Origin: Eledone cirrhosa
Taxonomy: Eukaryota
NCBI GenBank assembly: GCA_964016885.1
Contig: OZ024741.1
Coordinates: 408,022,001-408,086,000, forward strand
DNA: 64,000 bases
Direction: 5' to 3'
In this document: in pieces, positions 1 through 9,000 of the stretch
Layout of the letters: every line of letters starts with the position of its first letter
Numbering within the stretch: position 1 is the first letter of the stretch
Program-made: the position numbers and the translations under genes
Notes under the pieces: model-generated
Databases searched by the model: none
Told to the model about the DNA's origin: nothing
What the model saw: only the letters and a program-made list of their open reading frames with translations

Positions 1-94
1 TGATGCCATCTCTAACATACGAATGCTACTTCTAATTTGATGTAAAAAATAAATATCATGGATTATGACATTTTACACTGCAGTGATTCATAAT

Positions 95-274
95 TGTTTC
101 TACTTTTGGCACAAGGCCAGCAATTACTCCAGTATATTACTGGTACTTTATTTTATCGACCCCGTAAGGATGAAAGGCAAAGTTAACCTCAGATTTGAAC
201 TCAGATCACAAAAGGCCGTAACTCTATGCTACAAAGCATGGCGTCCGACCGTCTACCGATACTGCCAATCCACC
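95..274 (-). mobile_element. tRNA-derived SINE copy A (near full length)
   Basis: The reverse complement reads GGTGGATTGGCAGTATCGGTAG (A-box-like), then GAGTTCAAATC (B box), then the core GTTAACTTTGCCTTTCATCCTTACGGGGTCGATAAAATAAAGTACCAGT, then the tail AATTGCTGGCCTTGTGCCAAAAGTAG. The same core recurs five more times within 1.6 kb. Confidence 0.85.
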
Positions 275-295
275 AAACTGTAGTGATGAATTATG

Positions 296-452
296 GCCCT
301 TTACGTTCTGATTTCAAATCCCGCCATGGTTAACTTTGCCTTTCATCATTATGAGGTCCATAAAATAAAGTACCAGTAAGGCACTGGGGTCGATCTCATC
401 GACTTCCCCCTCCCCAAAAATTGCTGGCCTTGTACTTATAGTAGAAATTATT
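296..452 (+). mobile_element. tRNA-derived SINE copy B, 5'-truncated, with a 10-bp target-site duplication
   Basis: Degenerate B box GATTTCAAATCC, core GTTAACTTTGCCTTTCATC...TAAAATAAAGTACCAGT, and tail AATTGCTGGCCTTGT. Flanked by the exact direct repeat ATGAATTATG at 286-295 and 453-462. Confidence 0.85.
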
Positions 453-566
453 ATGAATTATGACATTTTATGAAATAAACTGTAGTGATTCGCCTTAAGA
501 ATGGAAAGATCAAGGAGGAATGTGGATTCCAAGTGACCTTCCCACAAACATAATTCTTATACATGA

Positions 567-718
567 GGGCGGTGGATGGTCAGAATCGGTAGAGCTTCGG
601 ACACAATATTTAGCAGCATTTAGCTACGGCTGTTAGGTTCTGAGTTCAAATCCCGCCGAGGTCAACTTTGCCTTTCATCCTTACGGGGTCGATAAAATAT
701 AGTACCAGTAATACACTG
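567..718 (+). mobile_element. tRNA-derived SINE copy C with Pol III A and B boxes
   Basis: A-box-like TGGTCAGAATCGG (577-589), B box GAGTTCAAATCC (642-653), and core GCCGAGGTCAACTTTGCCTTTCATCCTTACGGGGTCGATAAAATATAGTACCAGT. From recall the core resembles the Meta-type SINE central domain; not searched. Confidence 0.85.
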
Positions 719-771
719 AAGAAGAAGAAGAAGAAGAAGAAGAAGAAGAAGAAGAAGAAGAAGAAGAAGAA
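718..771. repeat. (GAA)18 microsatellite
   Basis: Perfect GAA run read directly, abutting the 3' end of SINE copy C. Confidence 0.97.
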
Positions 772-799
772 TTTATTTATATCCGTTTTACACACAATC

Positions 800-920
800 T
801 GATGCCGTCTCTAACATAAGAATGCTACTTCTAATTTTATGTAAAAAATAAATAAAGATATTATGACGTCAATGTATCATGTGAAATAAACTGCTGTGAT
901 TCAACTTAGGAATGGAAAGA
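800..920 (+). repeat. Diverged local duplication of about 1-90 and 457-510
   Basis: TGATGCC(A/G)TCTCTAACATA(C/A)GAATGCTACTTCTAATTT(G/T)ATGTAAAAAATAAATA occurs at 1 and 800. TGAAATAAACTGnnGTGATTCnnCTTAnGAATGGAAAGA occurs at about 471-509 and 883-920. Confidence 0.85.
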
Positions 921-954
921 ACAGCAGATTTCTGACTTAGAAGGATAGAAAGGA

Positions 955-1094
955 ATAAGATATAGAGGAAACATCTACACAGTTCTTGACTAGTAATTTT
1001 TTTATTGACCTCGAAAGGATGAAAGACAAATTCGACCTCGGCGGGATTATAACTCAGAAATAAGAGAACCGGAATAACACAAAGAATTCTATTC
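955..1094 (-). mobile_element. Degenerate SINE copy D
   Basis: ATTGACCTCGAAAGGATGAAAGACAAATTCGACCTCGGCGGGATTATAACTCAGAA is the reverse complement of the SINE core plus B box. The flank AGATATAGAGGAA...CACAGT is shared with copy E. Ends approximate. Confidence 0.75.
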
Positions 1095-1160
1095 TACTTT
1101 CTAATGCTTCGTTGCATGGGAAAATAATCATCATCTAAGTCTTGTAGGGGCACAGCAGAC

Positions 1161-1212
1161 ATAAGGCATTTGTAGGGTATTTGTAGGGTATATAAGGCAT
1201 TTGTAGGGTATT
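1161..1212. repeat. Short tandem duplication (ATAAGGCATTTGTAGGGTAT x2, TTGTAGGGTA x3)
   Basis: Read directly from the sequence. Confidence 0.8.
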
Positions 1213-1304
1213 TTTGAACCTGGTGCGGTTCATCTCCTCGCCAGGTCTGAATATAGTAGATTTCTTCCGGAGAATGATAAAGAGTGAGAGAATGGAAGTG
1301 AGAT

Positions 1305-1452
1305 AGAGATACAGAGGAAGAATTGACCACAGTACTAGACTGGTTACTGTTTTACTGACTTCGAAAGGATGAAAAGCAAAGTTGATCTCGGTTTGCTTTG
1401 AACTGAGAGAAGAGAGAGCCGTAACGAATAATACAAAGCATTATATTCGGCA
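1305..1452 (-). mobile_element. Degenerate SINE copy E
   Basis: CGAAAGGATGAAAAGCAAAGTTGATCTCGG...TTTGAACTGAGA...AGCCGTAAC is the reverse complement of the SINE core and B box. Ends approximate. Confidence 0.75.
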
Positions 1453-1632
1453 GTGGACTGGTAAAGGGTCGGATGCCGTGCTTTGCAGCATAGAGTTACG
1501 GCCATTTACGTCCTGAGATCATATCCCACCGAAGTTAACTTTGTCTTTCATCTTTAGGTGGTCGATAAAATAAAGTACCAGTAATGTACTGGTATAATTG
1601 CTGGCCTTGTGCCAAAAGTAGACACAATTATA
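1453..1632 (+). mobile_element. SINE copy F (same subfamily as copy A)
   Basis: GGTCGGATGCCGTGCTTTGCAGCATAGAGTTACGGCC...GTTAACTTTGTCTTTCATC...GTCGATAAAATAAAGTACCAGTAAT...AATTGCTGGCCTTGTGCCAAAAGTAG is a close inverted match to 95-274. Confidence 0.85.
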
Positions 1633-2057
1633 TTCACCGCCTCTGTCTCTATTAGAAATTTGGGAAAGCATGTTTTTTTACTAAAACTATATTTGTCTCT
1701 ATTATAAATCATTATTTTATATGCATAACATTCCAAAAGTATTTTCTTAATCTTTTCTATCTGTATTGCCAATCCACAGCCCCAGTATTGTAAAATAAGA
1801 AGAAATTATTGCGGGTAAAATGTTACAAAGTGGTCGAGAGTGAGAGTGTCTCTGTGTGTAACAAATGGAATACGAATGGTTTTGTGTGATGGAAGATCCT
1901 CCTAAAATTGAAGCAGCCTCAGAGTTAAAATTTATCAAGCGCATCAGATTTTCACGGACCCCTCGAAACGATGTACCTGGATAATGGACTTCACTCACAT
2001 GTTTATTAGTTGTTTCTGATAAACATACGAATAATTTTAAAATTTACTAAAACTAAA

Positions 2058-2317
2058 CGAATTGAGGGATCATAGTCCTGATACTGCGCCGCGCATGGGG
2101 TTAGAATGTCTCAGGAAAGAATCACTGGGCAGATTTTACGGACAAGACCAAGCGGTGGGGGACCCAGGGTTGACTCCAGGCAAGATGGTTGGATAACATG
2201 GATGAGCTTGGCTGGTTTCGCTTGGAGATCCAGCCTGATCAGTTGGAGACGGTTGCTTCTGAGAGGACCTGCTGAAGGGAGTGTTTGAGGACTCTACACC
2301 CACGACGACCCTCTCAA

Positions 2318-2323
<6 letters not shown>
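2058..2323 (+). mobile_element. Decayed, 5'-truncated 3' end of an RTE-clade LINE (Rex3/Expander-like)
   Basis: Manual translation across stops and one frameshift gives RIEGS*..AHGVRMSQERITGQILRTRPSGGGPR / ARWLDNMDELGWFRLEIQPDQLETVASERTC*RECLRTLHPRRPSQE*. This matches the recalled RTE C-terminal pattern IERSQLRW.GH..RM...GRPR.RW.D...L.W.RL.I.P..L..VA.ER..W...L..L.PRP. The stop runs straight into a (TAA)n tail. Confidence 0.8.
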
Positions 2324-2380
<57 letters not shown>

Positions 2381-2419
2381 TAATAATAATAACAATAATA
2401 ATAATAATAATAATAATAA
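2319..2419. repeat. (TAA)~33 microsatellite, tail of the RTE fragment
   Basis: AAT/TAA run with two AAC interruptions, starting at the stop codon of the RTE ORF remnant. Confidence 0.95.
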
Positions 2420-2663
2420 CGCACGTGGTGGTAGAAGGTCATGAAATCGCTCCCGTAAGTTTTTGATTTTTAACATTTTTAAATCAATTGTGAAATAACA
2501 ATTCTTAGTACAAATGATGCATAAACCACCGAATCAAGTCTCATAAAATTTCGGATCCATATTATATTGTTATATCGCTCAAATATTCAATTTTGTATTA
2601 TATATTTTGTATTCAAAAAGAAAATGGTTATAAATGGAAGAAAACACCCTCTGTCTACACTAT

Positions 2664-2776
2664 ATAGAACAGCCAAATAACAGCAATTTCACCAACACCA
2701 GAAACTTGATACACCACCTACCCCATCACACTAAATATAACAGCCAGATAACGGCAATTTCACCACCACCACCACC
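2664..2776. repeat. Two diverged direct repeats (AACAGCCARATAACRGCAATTTCACCAMCACCA)
   Basis: Copies at about 2668-2700 and 2738-2770. Confidence 0.75.
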
Positions 2777-2934
2777 AATCCCAGCATCATAATAATAATT
2801 ACTATTATTATTGTCTCAAGTTTTAACAAAATGTTTAATTCCAATTTTACGGGAATATGTCAACACAATATATATTAAACATACGCGACACAAACTCATA
2901 GATACTACATATCACAAAACTCAGTAACGACAAC

Positions 2935-3022
2935 GCCACCGCCGCCACCACTCCATCCATCATTGCTACCACTATCCCATCACCGCCGCCACCACTCCTT
3001 CATTGCTACCACCACTATTCCC
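2935..3022. repeat. Two-copy tandem repeat of a CCA/CCG-rich unit
   Basis: CACCGCCGCCACCACTCC...TCATTGCTACCAC...TAT(T)CCC occurs twice in tandem. Confidence 0.75.
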
Positions 3023-3390
3023 CTGTTAACTTAAGAAAGGGGAAGGTGACGGTATCACTAGACAAGGGAGAGGCTAGCAAAAATATAAATAGATTGACTT
3101 AGTGACCTGGCCACCGGCCAAACGTCAACAACTATGGCACTGCTGGCTCCTCCCTTCCTCACCAACAATATAAAAAGCCCCAGCACCACCACCGACATAG
3201 CCAACAACAATAACAGGCAACTTCAGCAAAAAGTATATTATATTATTGTAATGCACTGGGTGATTGCTTGCCTTGTGCCTGGAGTGGAGACAATTATTAA
3301 TAATTTCATTCTTAAGCCACGCAATGCTCACATTAAGGAGCCACTCATGATAATAACAATTTAAAAAAAACAACAAAAAGAAAACCCCGT

Positions 3391-3508
3391 GACCAAGAAA
3401 TACCGGGATGGCGGCCGGCGGGGAATAGCCGTGTCTCTAGGGGAGAACGACCCCTCTAGTCTTGGTTGACACTCGTTCTAGAAGTGGTAACACGAAATGA
3501 TTACCCCT
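3391..3508 (+). ncRNA. Candidate HDV-like self-cleaving ribozyme or structured 5' UTR
   Basis: By-eye fold in HDV order: P1 GACCAA(3391-3396)/TTGGTT(3462-3467) with a G.U first pair; P2 AGGGGAGAAC(3439-3448)/GATTACCCCT(3499-3508), imperfect; P3 GAC/GTC closing the 7-nt loop CCCTCTA; P4 CACT/AGTG; CGAAA at 3493-3497. Not computed. Confidence 0.35.
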
Positions 3509-3544
3509 TGGCTGATAAGAATAAAACGCGACAAAATAAAGTAA

Positions 3545-6028
3545 ATGTCTAATGATAAAATCTCATACCGGATCGGCCGTCACCCGGGTAAAAAAGGGCC
3601 GCGTCCCTCAGAGAGGAACCAGACTGGGGTCGAAAAATCAGCTAATGGTTCAAACCTTCCCATCACTTCGGAGCTGGAGACCTCCCATAACCGGAATACT
3701 CCTACTGTTGGCCCTCCATGCTCACCACCAAGAAATCCAAAGAAAAAGAGAGAAAAATGGTCAAGGGAAGATAATAAAGAAGTCCTTGAGGTTTTCTACA
3801 CTGTCATGTACTACCCATCAAATACATCGAATACAGAACAGACATATATCAACTGGAAAAAGAAACATCCCGAAAACAGAGGCTATATTGACAGTAACAA
3901 ACTAGCCAATATACGAAGAAATATTGTAAGAAAAAAGTTACTAACTGATATAGAAATTGATCAGATCAAGCTATTAGCACAAAGTCAGCGAAGGGAAAAT
4001 GAAACATGTGTCAGTGAAAACGAGGTAAATTGTAACACTTCGAATCCCAGGGTTAGGGCGGAATCACTGGCAACAGAACAAATTAAAGAAAGGATCGAAA
4101 AAGTGGAGGGAGTGCATGCTCAAGATGAAACTACAAATGAAAATAATGAGATCGTAAATGATAAAGAAATGAATGAGAATGAACTTGCCAACTTGAAGGA
4201 TGAAATTATGATCGAATGGATGAAAATGAAAGAATCTGACATGGGGCAACGAGACACCCTCCCTAAGATCCAGAACTCCAAACAGAACCAAAAGATAATA
4301 CACAAGACTAACATCATTCTCAAAAACATTATCATCACAAACAAACTAAACATTACTGATTTGAATCATCTCTATTATGCATCGGGTAAAGTCACCACTC
4401 ACTTATGTGGAGTGAAGATGAAAAAACAAAGGAATTCCCACAAGAAATCTACTTGGCAAGAGAACATCAATCGCCAAATAAACCTTCTCCGATCTGACAT
4501 AGAAATTTTAACAAACTATAAAGTAGGTGAACATGTTAAACAAACTAAACTTAGAAAATTGAAAAGAAAGTACAGTATAAAATCAACAAGTGACATAGAC
4601 ATGCTGATAGAAATAATCAAGCAAAAAGTGTCGGCCAAAGCTGCTCGTATAAGGCGCTTTGAAAAACGATCTAGATTCTATAAGGACAATAATATGTTCA
4701 AAAACAACCAAAGAAACTTCTACAGAAAAATTGGTAAGTCAACAATAACTGCTAAATCAATACCACCCAAGGAGGAAGTGCAAGAATTCTGGGAAAAGAT
4801 CTGGGCCGAAGAAAAAGTTCATAACATACATGCCCCATGGATAGACAGACAAATGAAAGATACAGCTCACCTTGAGGAACAAATATGGGAAAATATAACA
4901 GTTGAACAGTTGCGCTTGGCTCTAAGAAAAACCAGCAAATGGAAATCCCCAGGAAAAGACAAAATACAAAATTTTTGGATAAATGCCTTCACAGAGTCTC
5001 ATGAGCTGTTAGCCCAACTTTACAATGAAATAGTTAAGGAGCCAGAAAAGATACCATCATGGCTAGTTAACGGCATTACATTCCTGCTTCCGAAGAATGA
5101 TGAGACAAACAATCCCAAACATTACAGACCGATAACTTGCTTGACCACAATGTATAAAATTTTAACATCAGTCCTAACTGAATACACATATGACCACCTG
5201 ATAACAAATGACCTATTTCCCATTGAGCAGAAAGGGTGTAAACGAGGCTCATATGGCTGTAAGGATCAGCTTTTGGTTAACAAAATGATACTGGAAGATT
5301 GTCATAGTAGACACAAAAATCTATCGATTGCTTGGATAGATTATAAAAAAGCATTCGATAGTTTGCCACACAGTTGGATTGAAAAATGTTTAGAGATTTT
5401 CAAAATATCCCCCGTTGTCAGGAGGTTTTTGTCATTCAGTATGAAGACATGGAAAACGACACTCCTTTTGAATAGTGAAACAAAATCACTGGAAGCTGGA
5501 GAAGTTAATATTAATTGTGGAATTTTTCAGGGTGACTCTTTATCACCGCTTTTATTCTGCATCGCACTTATACCATTAAGTAAAATCCTCAATGAAACAA
5601 AACATGGATATAAAGTCTATGACAAAACCATTAATCACTTGTTCTACATGGATGACCTGAAACTATTTGCAAAAAATGATGAACAATTGCAAGGGCTATT
5701 ATCCACTGTGGAGCAGTTCAGGGATGGCATTAAAATGGAGTTTGGACAAGATAAATGCGCAAAAGCAACGTTCACCAGAGGAAAGCTGCTGAAGAGTTCA
5801 GACATTAATCTTGATCGGGGGAACGTGATAAGAGAACTTGATCAAGAAAAAACTTACAAATATCTAGGTGTTTGTGAAGGAGACGGAATCAAGCACTCGA
5901 CAATGAGGGAAAGGATAAGGGAGGAATGTTACCGCAGAGTAAGAGCAATCTTAAGAACGGAATTGAATGCAAGGAATAGGATCGATGCCATAAACACGCT
6001 TGCCATACAAGTAGTAACCTACATTTAA
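3545..6028 (+). CDS. Reverse transcriptase ORF of the R4/Dong-like element (827 aa, C-terminally truncated, probably non-functional)
   Basis: N-terminal Myb-like region REKWSREDNKEVLEVFY...KLANIRRNIVRKKLLT. RT motifs: KWKSPGKDKIQNFW, YRPITCLTTMYKILT, EQKGCKRGSYGCKDQLL, AWIDYKKAFDSLPHSW, GIFQGDSLSPLLF, catalytic HLFYMDDLKLFA, EFGQDKC, YKYLG. No GGRGL, CCHC or PD-(D/E)xK endonuclease region follows. Confidence 0.9.
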   Translation: MSNDKISYRIGRHPGKKGPRPSERNQTGVEKSANGSNLPITSELETSHNRNTPTVGPPCSPPRNPKKKREKWSREDNKEVLEVFYTVMYYPSNTSNTEQTYINWKKKHPENRGYIDSNKLANIRRNIVRKKLLTDIEIDQIKLLAQSQRRENETCVSENEVNCNTSNPRVRAESLATEQIKERIEKVEGVHAQDETTNENNEIVNDKEMNENELANLKDEIMIEWMKMKESDMGQRDTLPKIQNSKQNQKIIHKTNIILKNIIITNKLNITDLNHLYYASGKVTTHLCGVKMKKQRNSHKKSTWQENINRQINLLRSDIEILTNYKVGEHVKQTKLRKLKRKYSIKSTSDIDMLIEIIKQKVSAKAARIRRFEKRSRFYKDNNMFKNNQRNFYRKIGKSTITAKSIPPKEEVQEFWEKIWAEEKVHNIHAPWIDRQMKDTAHLEEQIWENITVEQLRLALRKTSKWKSPGKDKIQNFWINAFTESHELLAQLYNEIVKEPEKIPSWLVNGITFLLPKNDETNNPKHYRPITCLTTMYKILTSVLTEYTYDHLITNDLFPIEQKGCKRGSYGCKDQLLVNKMILEDCHSRHKNLSIAWIDYKKAFDSLPHSWIEKCLEIFKISPVVRRFLSFSMKTWKTTLLLNSETKSLEAGEVNINCGIFQGDSLSPLLFCIALIPLSKILNETKHGYKVYDKTINHLFYMDDLKLFAKNDEQLQGLLSTVEQFRDGIKMEFGQDKCAKATFTRGKLLKSSDINLDRGNVIRELDQEKTYKYLGVCEGDGIKHSTMRERIREECYRRVRAILRTELNARNRIDAINTLAIQVVTYI

Positions 6029-9000
6029 AATGTCATCAACTGGTCAACAACAACGGTAATGATATAACATAGGTCATCACATAGCTGACTTCTAGTTACA
6101 ACAACAACGGTAATAATATAACATAGGTCATCACATAGCTGACTTCTGGTGACAACAACAACGGTAACAATATAACATAGGTCATCACATAGCTGACTTC
6201 TGGTGATAACAGCAACGGTAACAATATAACATAGGTCATCACATAGCTGACTTCTGGTGACAACAGCAACGGTAACAATATAACATAGGTCATCTCATAG
6301 ATGACTTCTGGTGTCAACAACAACAACAATATAACATACGTCATCACATACCTGACTTCTGGTGACAACAACAACGGTAACAATATAACATAGGACATCT
6401 CATAGCTGACATCTGGTGACAACAACAACAATATAACATAGGTCATCTCATAGCTGACTTCTGGTGACAACAACAACGGTAACAATATAACATAGGACAT
6501 CTCACAGCTGACTTCTGGTGACAACAACAACGGTAACAATATAACATAGGTCATCACATAGCTGACTTCTGGTGACAACAACAACAACTATATAACATAG
6601 GTCATCTCATAGCTGACTTCTAGTGACAACAACAACGGTAACAATATAACATAGGTCATCACATAGCTGACTTCTGGTGACAACAACAACAACAATATAA
6701 CATAGGACATCACATAGCTGACTACTGGTGACAACAACGGTAACAATATAACATAGGACATCACATAGCTGACTTCTGGTGACAACAACAACGGTAACAA
6801 TATAACATAGGTCATCTCATAGCTGACTTCTGGTGACAACAACAACGGTAACAATATAACATAGGTCATCACATAGCTGACTTCTGGTGACAACAACAAC
6901 GGTAACAATATAACATAGGTCATCACATAGCTGATTTCTGGTGACAACAACAACAACAATATAACATAGGTCATCTCATAGCTGACTTCTGGTGACAACA
7001 ACAACGGTAACAATATAACATAGGTCATCACATAACTGACTTCTGGTGACAACAATAACAATATAACATAGAACATCTCATAGCTGACTTCTGGTGAAAA
7101 CAACACCCTTAACAATATAACATAGGTCATCACATAGCTGACTTCTGGCGAAAACAACAACGGTAACAATATAACATAGGTCATCACATAGCTGACTTCT
7201 GGTGACAACAACAACAACAATATAACATAGGTCATCACATAGCTGACTTCTGGTGACAACAACAACGGTAACAATATAACATAGGTCATCACATAGCTGA
7301 CTTCTGGTGACAACAACAACAACAATATAGCATAGGTCATCTCACAGCTGACATCTGGTGACAACAACAAGAAAAACGATATAACATAGGTCATCTCATA
7401 GCTGACTTCTGGTGACAATAACAACGGTAACAATATAACATAGGTCATCACATAGCTGACTTCTGGTGACAACAACAACGGTAACAATATAACATAGGTC
7501 ATCACAAAGCTGACTTCTGGTGACAACAACAACGGTAACAATATAACTTAGGACATCTCATAGCTGACATCTGGTGACAACAACAGCGGTAACAATATAA
7601 CATAGGTCATCTCATAGCCGACTTCTGGTGACAACAGCAACGGTAACAATATAACATAGGTCATCACATAGCTGACTTCTGGTGACAACAGCAACGGTAA
7701 CAATATAACATAGGTCATCACATAGCTGACTTCTGGTGACAACAACAACGGTAACAATATAACATAGGACATCTCATAGTTGACTTCTGGTGACAACAAC
7801 AACGGTAACAATATAACATAGGTCATCACATAGCTGACTTCTGGTGACAACAGCAACGGTAACAATATAACATAGGTCATCACATAGCTGACTTCTGGTG
7901 ACAACAGCAACGGTAACAATATAACATAGGTCATATCATAGCTGACTTCTGGTGTCAACAACAACAACAATATAACATACGTCATCACATAGCTGACTTC
8001 TGTTGACAACAACAACGGTAACAATATAACATAGGACATCTCATAGCTGACTTCTGGTGACAACAACAACAACAATATAACATAGGTCATCTCATAGCTG
8101 ACTTCTGGTGACAACAACAACGGTAACAATATAACATAGGACATCTCACAGCTGATTCTGGTGACAACAACAACGGTAACAATATAACATAGTCATCACA
8201 TGGCTGACTTCTGGTGTCAGCAACAACAACAATATAACATAGGTCATCTCATAGCTGACTTCTGGTGACAACAACGGTAACAATATAACATAGGACATCT
8301 CATAGCTGACTTCTGGTGACAACAACAACAATAACAATATAACATAGGACATCTCATAGCTGACTTCTGGTGAAAACAACACCGGAAAAAATATAACATA
8401 GGTCATCACATAGCTGACTTCTGGTGATAACAACAACAACAATATAACATAGGTCATCTCACAGCTGACATCTGGTGACAACAACAAGAACAACAATATA
8501 ACATAGGTCATCTCATAGCTGACTTCTGGTGACAACCCTAACGGTAACAATATAACATAGGTCATCACATAGCTGACTTCTGGTGACAACAACAACGGTA
8601 ACAATATAACATAGGACATCTCATGGGTGACTTCTGGTGACAACAACAACAATATAACATAGGTCATATCATAGCTGACTTCTGGTGTCAACAACAGCAA
8701 CAATATAACATACGTCATCACATAGCTGACTTCTGGTGACAACAACAACGGTAATGATATAACATAGGACATCTCATAGCTGACTTCTGGTGACAACAAC
8801 AACGGTAACAATATAACATAGGTCATCTCATAGCTGACTTCTGGTGACAACAACAACGGTAACGATATAACATAGGACATCTCATAGCTGACTTCTGGTG
8901 ACAACAACAACAACAATATAACATAGTACATCTCATAGCTGACTTCTGGTGACAACAACAACGGTAACAATATAACATAGGTCATCTCATAACTGACTTC

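Larger units (their letters stand above)
3385..6043 (+). mobile_element. R4/Dong-clade non-LTR retrotransposon, 3'-truncated
   Basis: GC-richer structured leader starting after an A-rich run, then a single long ORF with no APE domain, a Myb-like N-terminus and R4/Dong-type RT motifs. Homology continues in frame past the stop (TYI*NVINW versus the typical TYSFxxIxW) and ends at the satellite. The 5' boundary is approximate. Confidence 0.85.

Noticed and set aside
567-660. tRNA gene
   Set aside because: A and B boxes are present but I see no cloverleaf or acceptor stem, and the sequence continues into a multi-copy SINE core.
65-1998. Short ORFs of 72-83 aa in the left flank
   Set aside because: They overlap SINEs or AT-rich DNA and show no recognisable domain or exon evidence.
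2281-2476. Poly-Ile and poly-Leu ORFs
   Set aside because: They are translations of the (TAA)n microsatellite.
2420-2660. Possible DNA transposon or MITE remnant
   Set aside because: I could not identify paired terminal inverted repeats or a TSD by eye.
3490-3525. Hammerhead-like CGAAA...CTGATAA in the LINE leader
   Set aside because: Stems II and III cannot be formed convincingly, and the core deviates from CUGANGA.
3552-4353. Short overlapping or antisense ORFs within the RT gene
   Set aside because: Shadow frames of the main ORF with no recognisable motifs.
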